Shown: one piece after another, positions 49,733-59,274 of the stretch
Position numbering within the stretch: the stretch's first letter is position 1
How the letters are laid out: each line of letters begins with the position of its first letter
The notes under the pieces: generated by a model
Told to the model about the DNA's origin: nothing
The model's input: the letters and a program-made list of their open reading frames with translations, nothing else
The model's database searches: none
Source of the DNA: Gammaproteobacteria bacterium
GTDB lineage: Bacteria; Pseudomonadota; Gammaproteobacteria; JBCCGL01
Assembly (NCBI GenBank): GCA_965277715.1
Contig: OZ255836.1
Span: 1,376,001-1,440,000, forward strand
DNA length: 64,000 nucleotides
Direction: 5' to 3'
Translations under genes and position numbers: made by a program

Positions 49733-51871
49733 CTATTGCGCCTCTTTGTCTTTCTGCTCCGGTGTAGGCATTTCGCTTACATCAGAAGCTGACGGTTCAT
49801 TATTTTGAGCGTCATCCCCACTAGCTTCGCCCGCTGTATCGGCATCATCTGTAATAGCTTCAGCTTCGTTTTCGTCTTCAACCTGGTCGTCATTCTGGTC
49901 ACCACTAGGGCTATTACCAGGGCCATCGCCCAGGGCAATCAAAATACCATTCAATCGCTGTACAAACCCGGCGGCATCTTCCAGTTGGCCACCTTCGGCC
50001 AGTAGCGCCTGATCGAATAACAACTGGCTCCAGTCTTTAAGGCGTTGTTTATTCTTTTCGCTTTTCAGCCGTTGTAACACCGGGTGCTGTGGGTTAATTT
50101 CCAATGATGGCTTACTCTGTGGCATCTCGTGCCCGGCCTGCTTCATCAGTTGCTGCATGTGCAGCGCCATCTCGTTTTCAGACAGAACCAGGCAGGCAGG
50201 CGAGCTGGTTAGGCGGTGTGACACGCGCACTTCCTCAACCTGGTCACCCAGTGCATCCTGAATTTTTTTCACCAGTTTCTTGGATTTCTTTTCAACATCC
50301 TCGCGTACTTTTTTCTCTTCTTTGTCTTCAAACTCACCAAGATCGAGGTCGCCTTTGGCAATCGAGGCAAACTGCTTACCATCGAATTCACTGATCTGAG
50401 ACATCATCCATTCATCAACTCTGTCTGACATTAATAGCACTTCAATGCCTTTTTTGTTGAACACTTCCATATGGGGACTATTTTTCGCTGCTGCATAACT
50501 ATCGGTGGTGATGTAGTAAATTTTGTCCTGGCCACTTTTCATTCGCGCGATGTAATCTGCCAGGCTAACGTTCTGGGTACTGTCATTGCCCTGCGTGGAG
50601 GCAAAGCGTATCAGCTTGAGCAGCTGCTCGCGGTTGGCAAAATCTTCACCGGGGCCTTCCTTCATGGCATTGCCAAATTGCTTCCAGAATGTCTGGTAGC
50701 GCTCAGCATCATCGGCGGCCATATTTTCCAATTGGCCCAGTACCTTTTTAACCGAGGCACTGCGAATGCTGTCGATGACTTTATTACTTTGCAGGATCTC
50801 ACGTGAGACATTCAGCGGCAGGTCATTGGAATCGATTAAGCCACGCACAAAACGCAGGTAGCGCGGCATCATTTTTTCCATATCGTCCATAATAAAAACA
50901 CGCTGTACATAGAGTTTTATGCCGTGTAACTGCTCACGCTCGTAGAGATCGAACGGCGCACGCGCAGGGATGTACAACAGTGATGTGTATTCGTATTTAC
51001 CCTCGACCCGGTTGTGCGACCACGCCAACGGGTCTTCATAATCCTGGCAGACCTGCTTATAAAACGCTTTGTAGTCATCATCACTGAGGTCATTTTTGGG
51101 GCGTGTCCACATCGCTGAGGCCGTATTGACGGTCTCCCATTCAATCGTTTCCTTTTCATCTTCATCACTGCTGCTTTTCAGCATTTTAATTGGGAAGGTG
51201 ATGTGGTCTGAATACTTTTTGATAACGCTGCGCAAACGCCAATCGTTAAGGAATTCGTCCATATCGTCACGCAGATGCAATACAACGTCTGTACCATGGC
51301 TGGCTTTTTCGATGGTTTCCAGTGTGTAGCTACCTGTGCCATCAGAGACCCAGCGCGTGCCGCTATCGGCAGCCTGGCCTGCGCGGCGCGTCGACAGGCT
51401 GACTTTATCGGCGACGACAAAGGCGGAGTAAAAGCCAACGCCAAACTGCCCAATAAGATGGGCGTCCTGGGCTTGATCACCGGTCATCGCATCGAGAAAT
51501 TGTTTGGTGCCAGAACGGGCGATGGTGCCAATGTTGTTGATAACTTCATCGCGACTCATGCCAACACCGGTATCGGAAATAGTGATCGTTTTGTCGTCTT
51601 TATCGAAACTGACGCTCAATTGCAGCTCACTGTCACCCGCGTAGAGTGAATCATCGGCAAGTGCTTCAAAGCGCAGTTTGTCACAGGCATCTGAGCCATT
51701 TGAAACCAGCTCCCGCAGAAAGATTTCCTTGTTTGAGTACATCGAGTGAATCATCAGTTTCAGTAACTGTGACACCTCCGCCTGAAATTCCATCGTTTCA
51801 GCTGCAGGCTCAACGGTGGCTTCAGTTTCGACTACTGTTTCCGTTTCTGGTTTCGCTTTTTTGGTACTCAT
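49733..51871 (-). CDS. htpG: Chaperone HtpG (Hsp90) with acidic C-terminal extension
   Basis: YSNKEIFLREL, IGQFGVGFYS, LPLNVSREILQ, LEINPQHP. Confidence 0.97.
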   Translation of the reverse strand: MSTKKAKPETETVVETEATVEPAAETMEFQAEVSQLLKLMIHSMYSNKEIFLRELVSNGSDACDKLRFEALADDSLYAGDSELQLSVSFDKDDKTITISDTGVGMSRDEVINNIGTIARSGTKQFLDAMTGDQAQDAHLIGQFGVGFYSAFVVADKVSLSTRRAGQAADSGTRWVSDGTGSYTLETIEKASHGTDVVLHLRDDMDEFLNDWRLRSVIKKYSDHITFPIKMLKSSSDEDEKETIEWETVNTASAMWTRPKNDLSDDDYKAFYKQVCQDYEDPLAWSHNRVEGKYEYTSLLYIPARAPFDLYEREQLHGIKLYVQRVFIMDDMEKMMPRYLRFVRGLIDSNDLPLNVSREILQSNKVIDSIRSASVKKVLGQLENMAADDAERYQTFWKQFGNAMKEGPGEDFANREQLLKLIRFASTQGNDSTQNVSLADYIARMKSGQDKIYYITTDSYAAAKNSPHMEVFNKKGIEVLLMSDRVDEWMMSQISEFDGKQFASIAKGDLDLGEFEDKEEKKVREDVEKKSKKLVKKIQDALGDQVEEVRVSHRLTSSPACLVLSENEMALHMQQLMKQAGHEMPQSKPSLEINPQHPVLQRLKSEKNKQRLKDWSQLLFDQALLAEGGQLEDAAGFVQRLNGILIALGDGPGNSPSGDQNDDQVEDENEAEAITDDADTAGEASGDDAQNNEPSASDVSEMPTPEQKDKEAQ

Positions 51872-51925
51872 TGCTCTATCTCCAGTGGTGATTCGTCAGT
51901 GGTGGCACGTCAGTTCAAGCACGCA

Positions 51926-51953
51926 ATTTAGGGATACACACTTATTTTTCAAC
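51926..51953 (-). promoter_or_regulatory. Probable sigma32 promoter of htpG
   Basis: Minus strand GTTGAAA-N13-CCCTAAAT resembles CTTGAAA-N13/17-CCCCATNT. Confidence 0.6.
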
Positions 51954-52038
51954 CTTTAGAACAGGCAAAGACTGTATTTTTCCGGTGGTTCCTTATCGGC
52001 GATTACGCACTACATACCGAACCCGTTAACGGATTGGC

Positions 52039-53853
52039 TCAATAGGGGGATTCTTCAGACACGCCCTTGATATCCCCTGAATCTGCCGGTGACACCCATA
52101 GCTGTTGCAATTTACCGCGCAATACAGCACGCCTTGCAGGGTCTTCGGTAATTTTTAGCAGGGACTCATAGAGCCGCCGCGCATCACTGATCAACCCCGC
52201 TTTCGCCAGCGACTCAGCCGCATTGTAGCGTGCCGATTGCCCCCACAAGTCGGCGCTGTCTGAATCGACGTAGGTGGCCGAGCGCATATAGTAGAGCCCC
52301 GCCTGGGCAAATTGTTCGACGGCAGTAAACGACTCAGCCATCCAGAAAAACAGCTCACGGCGCTGCGTTGGGGCAAGCTGCCGTTCATTTTCCAGGCGTA
52401 TAAACAAGGCCAATGCACGTTGATGATACTCAGCCGACTGTAAGTCGAATAACACTTGCATCAGCTTATCGAGCTGTTCTGGAGAAATAAATAGCTGTTC
52501 AGTCAACAGGGTATCGATAACATCGACACCTTCACTCGGTCGCCCACCGAGAACCAATACCCGTGCACGGCGCAAGTGCCAGGTAAATTTATCGGTATCA
52601 TCCGGCTGTTGGGTCAATGTCGCCAACAAATCAGATGCCATCACAATATTGGAATTGGACAAGGCGTACTCAACCAGTTGGTGCCGCACGTTGACAGGTA
52701 CCTGACGAAAACCGGGAAATCTGTTTTGATCAGAGAACAAGCGTGCCACCAAACGCAGGCCACCCGGGTCACTTTCCAACAGGGTGGCCAGTTGTGTCAG
52801 TGCCTGACCACGCAAGGCATCACTGCCTGCCTGCTGTGCCACGACCGACAACAACCCTTTGGCCTGCAATGGGTTCTCCTCACGCACAGCCTCAACGGCG
52901 CTAAACCAGGCGGCGTCATCACCAATCAGCAGTTGTTTTTGATTACCCAAATCGGTGCCGTAACGCTGGTAAACACCCCATAGATCGCTTGTGGTGACCT
53001 GGAAAACTCTGTCACTGCTGGATAAGTCATCAGCAAAACCCAGTGCGCGCTCGGTGGCCAGCACGGTATCGGCAAGCCTGCCGGATAGGGCCGATGCCTC
53101 AGCGGCAATTTTCCAGTAGCGCGCCCGGTCAGCCAGTGTGAGGGACACATCATTGGCGTGAACAAGGGCTTCAGCATAGATTGCCTGCGGTGTGCGTTGC
53201 GCGCTGCGCAATGCAATCAGCATCAACAGTGTTGGGGGCAACTTTTGCCGCGTTGTTAATGGCCATTCAAGCAATACATGGGGTTTTTGCTGACGCAGTA
53301 AAATCCGCGCACGCAATTGTAACCACTCAGGCTCAACGCTGGGATAATCCTGTTGGTAGCGGTACATAGCGGTAGCCGCATCGTCGATGCGATCATCCAC
53401 TAAATAGCTGCGGATAACCAATCGGCGCAACAGCGACTGCTCGCCATGATTGGGCTCACCTTGCCCTACCTGCCACAACAATTGTCGTAACAGCGTGCGT
53501 GCCTGGGATGCATTGCCCTGCTCAAGCTGTAACCAGGCGCGTTGACTGAGAGACCAACGGTATAAATTTTCCGGCAACGGCTCACTGGGCAAGCGCTGCA
53601 GGTAATCGATAGCACGCTGCCACTGCTTCCACTTCACCAGTATCGCGGTGCGTGCCTGGCTCCAGCGGAACCACTCGCCAAAGCCTTTCTGGGTGCCGGG
53701 GTGCGCTTCATCGAGTAACTTCAGCGCCAGGCCTGGCGTACCGCTTTCAGCAATCTGTTGGAGCTGTTTGAGCGAGATATTATTCGTCGCAGCCGCGCAC
53801 GGCCACGGCGCCAAAAAAGCGATAAAAAAGACGGTTGCCGCAATGTGTCGCAT
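52039..53853 (-). CDS. Exported alpha-helical repeat (TPR-like) hypothetical protein
   Basis: 604-aa ORF with a signal-peptide-like start and repeated helical motifs (A...Y..LL). Confidence 0.7.
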   Translation of the reverse strand: MRHIAATVFFIAFLAPWPCAAATNNISLKQLQQIAESGTPGLALKLLDEAHPGTQKGFGEWFRWSQARTAILVKWKQWQRAIDYLQRLPSEPLPENLYRWSLSQRAWLQLEQGNASQARTLLRQLLWQVGQGEPNHGEQSLLRRLVIRSYLVDDRIDDAATAMYRYQQDYPSVEPEWLQLRARILLRQQKPHVLLEWPLTTRQKLPPTLLMLIALRSAQRTPQAIYAEALVHANDVSLTLADRARYWKIAAEASALSGRLADTVLATERALGFADDLSSSDRVFQVTTSDLWGVYQRYGTDLGNQKQLLIGDDAAWFSAVEAVREENPLQAKGLLSVVAQQAGSDALRGQALTQLATLLESDPGGLRLVARLFSDQNRFPGFRQVPVNVRHQLVEYALSNSNIVMASDLLATLTQQPDDTDKFTWHLRRARVLVLGGRPSEGVDVIDTLLTEQLFISPEQLDKLMQVLFDLQSAEYHQRALALFIRLENERQLAPTQRRELFFWMAESFTAVEQFAQAGLYYMRSATYVDSDSADLWGQSARYNAAESLAKAGLISDARRLYESLLKITEDPARRAVLRGKLQQLWVSPADSGDIKGVSEESPY

Positions 53854-53889
53854 AGCGTGGACTTTATATCATCTAAAGGGTATGGGCAT

Positions 53890-53917
53890 AAAAAAGGCGA
53901 CCAGTGGCCGCCTTTTT
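53890..53917 (-). terminator. Intrinsic terminator downstream of rplS
   Basis: aaaaaaggcgacc-agt-ggccgccttttt. Confidence 0.8.
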
Positions 53918-53946
53918 CATTAACCAACCTACCGATATAGTGTAGA

Positions 53947-54294
53947 TCAGGCGAGTTTTTCCTTGATGCGTGCTGCCTTGCCGGTCAGCCCGCGCAAGTA
54001 GTACAGCTTGGCACGGCGCACTTTACCCCGGCGTTTGACATCGATTTCGGCAACTAACGGACTATAGGTTTGAAATACGCGCTCAACCCCTTCACCGTGG
54101 GAAATTTTGCGCACAGTAAAGGCAGAGTTGATACCGCGATTACGCTTGGCGATTACCACCCCTTCAAATGCCTGCAAACGCTCACGCGTGCCCTCTTTAA
54201 CCCGCACCTGAACGACTACGGTATCACCCGGTGAGAAATCAGGGACTTGTTTGTCCATCTGCTGTGCGTCAATTTCGCTAATTAATGTACTCAT
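53947..54294 (-). CDS. rplS: 50S ribosomal protein L19
   Basis: [30 protein letters not shown]. Confidence 0.98.
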   Translation of the reverse strand: MSTLISEIDAQQMDKQVPDFSPGDTVVVQVRVKEGTRERLQAFEGVVIAKRNRGINSAFTVRKISHGEGVERVFQTYSPLVAEIDVKRRGKVRRAKLYYLRGLTGKAARIKEKLA

Positions 54295-54321
54295 CTATCA
54301 TTACTCCACGTTACTGTTGTC

Positions 54322-55086
54322 TCACTTGGCCATCTCATCTGGCCGGGAGATTGAATGCTGTTGTAACCAGGTATCCAGCAGGTGCTGATCGGTTTCACTT
54401 AGCACTGTGTGTGCAAGCAAATCCGGCCGTCGCAATGCCGTTCGTCCCAGTGACTGTTGGCGTCGCCAACGGGCGATAGCCGCGTGATCGCCGCTACGCA
54501 ATACATCGGGCACCACTCTATCCCCCACCTTATCGGGGCGCGTGTAGTGCGGGTAATCCAGCAATCCGTCGCTGAACGAATCCTGCTGCGCTGATTGCTC
54601 ATTACCCAGTGCACCATTTTGTAAACGGGCCACGGCTTCGATTATTACCATCGTTGCCAGTTCACCGCCGCTCAATACATAATCGCCGAGTGAAATTTCA
54701 CGATCAACCTCGGCTTCGATCAGGCGCTCATCAACCCCTTCATAACGTCCCGACACCAAAATCAGCGCCGACAAATGGGATAACTCCGCCGCAATCGACT
54801 GATCAAAGCGCTCCCCTTGCGGCGACAGGTATACAACCGGCGCAGAAGGCAGTGCACACCGGGCCGCTGCAATCGCACGCTGCAATGGCTCAAACTTCAT
54901 CACCATACCCGGCCCACCACCATAGGGCCGATCATCGACTGTACGGTGTACATCACCAGCGAAATCACGCGGGTTATGTGCATGTAGCGACACTAATCCA
55001 CGCGCCACTGCCCGACCGGTAACGCCGTACTGGCCAACGCTCAGAGCAAATTCAGGAAACAGCGTAACGGTATCAATGCGTATCAT
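54322..55086 (-). CDS. trmD: tRNA (guanine-N1)-methyltransferase
   Basis: [35 protein letters not shown]. Confidence 0.98.
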   Translation of the reverse strand: MIRIDTVTLFPEFALSVGQYGVTGRAVARGLVSLHAHNPRDFAGDVHRTVDDRPYGGGPGMVMKFEPLQRAIAAARCALPSAPVVYLSPQGERFDQSIAAELSHLSALILVSGRYEGVDERLIEAEVDREISLGDYVLSGGELATMVIIEAVARLQNGALGNEQSAQQDSFSDGLLDYPHYTRPDKVGDRVVPDVLRSGDHAAIARWRRQQSLGRTALRRPDLLAHTVLSETDQHLLDTWLQQHSISRPDEMAK

Positions 55087-55118
55087 CTGTTTACCCAGAA
55101 CTGTTTACCTAAAACGAC

Positions 55119-55628
55119 TCAAAAATCCGCACCCCAATCGACCGTGACGGTGCCAGACTGAAAATCAACTGCCTTTATAACATCACCCATAATCCATGGG
55201 ATCAGTCGCTCACGCCCGCCTTTGACGACAATCACATCATTGGCACCGGTATCAAAAACCCGTTTTATCGTGCCAAATGCATCACCACACAGGTTGACGA
55301 CATGCAGGCCTTGTAAATCGACCCAGTAGTATTGGCCATCGTTTAGCTCATCCAAGGCGTGCGCATCGACAGCAATATCAAAACCGATCAACGCTTCAGC
55401 GGCTTCACGGGTACTACAGTCGGCTAACTGTGCAATAATGCGCTTACCTTGCGGTTTAACTGAAACCACCTGTCGGGTGTGCCAGTCGTCCTGCTTACCC
55501 AACTGCCAACAGTCATAATTGCCAATGGCATCGCGTGGCTGGGTATCCGAGTGTATTTTCAACAACCCGCGCAGACCTGAAACCCCGACAACCTGCCCAA
55601 GGAGTATTCGCTCAGGCCGTTGACTCAT
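55119..55628 (-). CDS. rimM: Ribosome maturation factor RimM
   Basis: YYWVDL.G, TGANDV, LIPW, VDW.ADF; conserved synteny. Confidence 0.95.
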   Translation of the reverse strand: MSQRPERILLGQVVGVSGLRGLLKIHSDTQPRDAIGNYDCWQLGKQDDWHTRQVVSVKPQGKRIIAQLADCSTREAAEALIGFDIAVDAHALDELNDGQYYWVDLQGLHVVNLCGDAFGTIKRVFDTGANDVIVVKGGRERLIPWIMGDVIKAVDFQSGTVTVDWGADF

Positions 55629-55691
55629 CGCCTCCCCACTGATTTTTCAGTTATGGAAAACGGGGGGAAGTTGTGTTACGTCAGCGGTGAA

Positions 55692-55949
55692 TCAGGCGCT
55701 TTGCGCTTGTTTGCCCGCTTCTTTGACCAAACTGGCAACGCGGTCAGTTAGCTGTGCGCCCTGGCCTACCCAGTGATCGATGCGTGAATTGTCCAGGCGC
55801 AAACGCTCTTCCTGGCCACGCGCCATCGGGTTAAAGAAACCGACACGCTCCAGGTAGCGACCATCTCGGCGGTTGCGGCTATCGGTAACAACAACGTGGT
55901 AAAAAGGTTTCTTCTTGGCACCACCACGGGAAAGTCGAACTGTGACCAT
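55692..55949 (-). CDS. rpsP: 30S ribosomal protein S16
   Basis: [31 protein letters not shown]. Confidence 0.98.
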   Translation of the reverse strand: MVTVRLSRGGAKKKPFYHVVVTDSRNRRDGRYLERVGFFNPMARGQEERLRLDNSRIDHWVGQGAQLTDRVASLVKEAGKQAQSA

Positions 55950-56112
55950 GTATTACGTCCACTCAGTTAAAATACGCAGGCCGCACAGATGCGCGGCCCG
56001 AAAACCGGCGAATTCTACCGTATTTTGACCGTATGTGAAGTATTTTGTGCTATTTAATACACACCTTGTTACCATTGTTGGAATCTAGAAACAGCAACAC
56101 GGAAAAACACGC

Positions 56113-56700
56113 TTGAAAACCATTATCGGGCAATCACTTAACGCATCCCAACGCGCACTCGAACAGTTTTGTGGCAACCCACAGAATATTGAAGCCATCG
56201 AACAAGCTGCCAGGCTGTTAATCGACACGCTGGAAAACGGCCACTCCATCTACAGTTGTGGCAATGGCGGGTCGATGAGTGATGCTATGCACTTTGCCGA
56301 GGAACTCAGCGGCCGCTATAGAAAGAACCGACCAGGCTTATCTGCTCAGGCTATCAGCGATCCCGGCCATCTTAGTTGTGTCGCCAATGACTATGGTTAT
56401 GAGTATGTGTTTTCACGCTACCTGGAGGCAAACGCCCGGCCAGGCGATTGTCTGCTTGGCATCAGCACCAGTGGCAATAGCCACAATGTTATTAAAGCGG
56501 CAGAATATTCACGTGAAGAAGGTATCGCTGTGATTGGCCTGACGGGCAAACCCACTTCACCGTTTGGCGCGTTGACAACGGTCAATATCAGCACAATCGA
56601 TGGCACTTATGCCGATAGGGTTCAGGAGTTACATATCAAGGTTATTCATATTCTGATTGAGCTGATTGAGCGGCATTTTTTTCCTGAAAACTATTGTTAA
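56113..56700 (+). CDS. gmhA: Phosphoheptose isomerase (SIS domain)
   Basis: CGNGGSMSDAMHFAEEL, ISTSGNS, DRVQELH. Confidence 0.92.
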   Translation: MKTIIGQSLNASQRALEQFCGNPQNIEAIEQAARLLIDTLENGHSIYSCGNGGSMSDAMHFAEELSGRYRKNRPGLSAQAISDPGHLSCVANDYGYEYVFSRYLEANARPGDCLLGISTSGNSHNVIKAAEYSREEGIAVIGLTGKPTSPFGALTTVNISTIDGTYADRVQELHIKVIHILIELIERHFFPENYC

Positions 56701-57090
56701 GGAACATACACGAAATAAACCTCGGGATTCGTGAATGCATCGATTTACCTTATAGCTGAGTTGGCTTAGCGTGTTATTAACACATAGCGCATTATTTAAA
56801 TAACATTTTTAAAGCGGAAATTATTTTGTGTACATTCCATAACGCCCTACGCTGCCTACATAAAAAATAGAGTAGGCGTTCGCCCGCTTTTATCAGTATT
56901 TGTATTTGCCTGTGATGCTATAGGGGTGTTGTATTTACTTGATATGCTGATTCCCAGTATATATAGAGCATAGGTTCACAATCAGTTTTCATCAGGCATA
57001 TTGCCAAGCTTGAGAAGCATACACCTACCCAATAGACTTACGATGTTTCATAATCGGGCACAAGCCATAGGCCAAGTAACAGGAAAGAAT

Positions 57091-57702
57091 ATGACCGCTA
57101 TTAAAACCCTTGAACAACTGCGTAATCTATACGCCGAACCAAAAGGTCGCACACTACAAAAACAACTCTCATCGCTAGACAAACACTGCAAACATTTCAT
57201 TTCCCTCTGCCGCTTTGTCGTTATTTCCAGTACAGCTAATAACGGTAATATGGACGCCTCACCACGCGGCGGTGGTTGTGGTTTTATCAAGGCCGTGGAC
57301 GATAATACACTGCTAATTCCCGACTGGGCGGGCAACAACCGGCTCGACAGTTACACAAATATTATCGATACCGGCAAGATTGGTCTGCTATTTATTATTG
57401 CAGGTATCGATGAAACACTGCGTGTTAACGGTGATGCCGAACTGCGCACTGATCTGTCACTGAGAAACCTGTGTTGCGAAAACAAACACCAGCCCAAACT
57501 GGTGATAAAGGTTGACATCAAAGAAGCCTATCTACATTGTGCAAAAGCATTTATGCGCTCAAAGCTATGGGACAGTAACGAATATATTGCACGCGACAAG
57601 TTACCCAGCATGGGGCAGATGATTAGCGACCAGATTAACCAGGACAGTCCAACGGAAACACAGCAGGAAATGGTTGAACGGTATGCAAAGCAACTTTATT
57701 AA
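57091..57702 (+). CDS. Pyridoxamine 5'-phosphate oxidase-like FMN-binding protein
   Basis: DASPRG, PD..GNNRLDS, ETLRVNG, YLHCAKAFMRS.LW; ATG preceded by AGGA. Confidence 0.9.
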   Translation: MTAIKTLEQLRNLYAEPKGRTLQKQLSSLDKHCKHFISLCRFVVISSTANNGNMDASPRGGGCGFIKAVDDNTLLIPDWAGNNRLDSYTNIIDTGKIGLLFIIAGIDETLRVNGDAELRTDLSLRNLCCENKHQPKLVIKVDIKEAYLHCAKAFMRSKLWDSNEYIARDKLPSMGQMISDQINQDSPTETQQEMVERYAKQLY

Positions 57703-57796
57703 AGTGGTTTCTTTACCTGTTGTCAGGCATATCTCTATGCCTGCCCCTTTCAGGGCTGGCGCGAAACAATGTTCCATACGTTTTTTCTCCTCGATA

Positions 57797-57861
57797 GCGC
57801 GCAAAAAATAGCTCAAACCGGCCTTTCCCTCGCTACGAACACCTAAACCCGACAGGCTCCC
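57797..57861 (+). repeat. Family A MITE/REP-like element, copy 2 (right end)
   Basis: gcgcgcaaaaaatagctcaaaccggcctttccctcgctacgaacacctaaacccgacaggctccc, similar to 1176..1237. Confidence 0.6.
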
Positions 57862-57947
57862 AGTACACCGTCTACCCCCGCATTAAGAAATACCCCTGAA
57901 CCTATTTACGCTAAAATACCGCCCCAAATCTACCGGGCAAACAAATA

Positions 57948-59240
57948 ATGCGTATACATTTACAATCGATCGGCTGTCGGCTCAATGAAGCCGAGCTGGA
58001 AAATTGGGCCGATCGGTTCCGCCGCGATAAGCACACGATTTCCCGCGTCGCCAGCGATGCCAATGTAATCGTCTTCAATACCTGCGCGGTTACCCAGCAG
58101 GCCGTGCGCAACTCCCGCCAGGCCATTCGCAAACTACAGCGCGAAACCCCCGACGCCAAGCTGGTGGTCAGTGGTTGCTACGCCTCACTGCAACCGGAAG
58201 AAGCCGCCGAACTGGGGGTGGATCTGGTTGTGCACAATAGCGATAAGGATCAACTGGTCGATATAGCCAACCGCGAGCTTGCCCTGCCAACCATGCCGGA
58301 AGCGGCCACCCTGCCCGCCGAGGCCTCGCTGTTTGCCCGTGGCCGTCAGCGCGCCTTTATCAAAATCCAGGACGGCTGCCGCTACCGCTGCACATTTTGC
58401 ATCGTTACCCTCGCACGGGGTGATGAGCGCAGCCGCCCCGTGGTTGAAATTGTCGATGAGATTAACCGTCTGGTCGATGCGGGCGTCAACGAGGCCGTGC
58501 TGACCGGTGTACATGTCGGTGGTTATGGCAGTGACCTGGACAGCGACCTCCAACAACTCATCGCCACTATCCTCCGCGAAACCGACCTGCCCAGATTGCG
58601 CTTAGCCTCGGTTGAGCCCTGGGATTTACCGGAGGATTTTTTCACGCTGTTTGAAAACCCACGCCTGATGCCGCATATGCACCTGCCCCTGCAAAGCGGC
58701 GCAGACAGTGTATTGCGGCGCATGGCGCGGCGCTGTAAAACCCATGACTTTCGCCAACTGGTCGAGCGCGCCCGCAACGCTATTCCCGGTTTTAACGTCA
58801 CGACGGATATTATTGTCGGTTTTCCCGGAGAAACCGAAGAAGAGTGGCGTGAAAGCCTCGATTACATTGCCTCAATAGGGTTTGGGCACTGCCATATTTT
58901 CAGCTATTCACCGCGCAATGGCACAAAAGCCGCTCGCCTGCCCAACCCTGTGCCCAAAGACACCAGAAAATCCCGCAGCCGGGCACTGCACGCATTGTCA
59001 GAAAAAATGAAACAGGATACCTTTCAACACCACCTCAACCAGCACGCCACTGTATTGATTGAAGGTGATGGTGAGGCAGGCGAAAACGGCAATACCTGTT
59101 ATCAGGGGTATACGCCTAACTATTTGCGTGTCCAGGTTGAAACGAGCGCGAAACACTCGCTGTGCAACCAACTGGTGCCGGTTCAACTGGTATCGATCAG
59201 CGACGATGGCACTTATATCCACGCTGTTGAGAAACACTGA
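57948..59240 (+). CDS. mtaB: tRNA t6A37 methylthiotransferase (radical SAM)
   Basis: GCRLN.AE, NTCAVT, IKIQDGCRYRCTFC, LTGVHVG, HLPLQSG, TDIIVGFPGE. Confidence 0.92.
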   Translation: MRIHLQSIGCRLNEAELENWADRFRRDKHTISRVASDANVIVFNTCAVTQQAVRNSRQAIRKLQRETPDAKLVVSGCYASLQPEEAAELGVDLVVHNSDKDQLVDIANRELALPTMPEAATLPAEASLFARGRQRAFIKIQDGCRYRCTFCIVTLARGDERSRPVVEIVDEINRLVDAGVNEAVLTGVHVGGYGSDLDSDLQQLIATILRETDLPRLRLASVEPWDLPEDFFTLFENPRLMPHMHLPLQSGADSVLRRMARRCKTHDFRQLVERARNAIPGFNVTTDIIVGFPGETEEEWRESLDYIASIGFGHCHIFSYSPRNGTKAARLPNPVPKDTRKSRSRALHALSEKMKQDTFQHHLNQHATVLIEGDGEAGENGNTCYQGYTPNYLRVQVETSAKHSLCNQLVPVQLVSISDDGTYIHAVEKH

Positions 59241-59274
59241 CAATGACCCGAAAACAATTACCGGAGCGCCACTA

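Noticed and set aside
56700-57090. AT-rich spacer with a short hairpin as a possible ncRNA
   Set aside because: No recognisable RNA family motif or second copy.
59059-59274. N-terminal extension of the 757-aa flavoprotein ORF
   Set aside because: It overlaps mtaB; family homology and a GGAG RBS point to ATG 59275.
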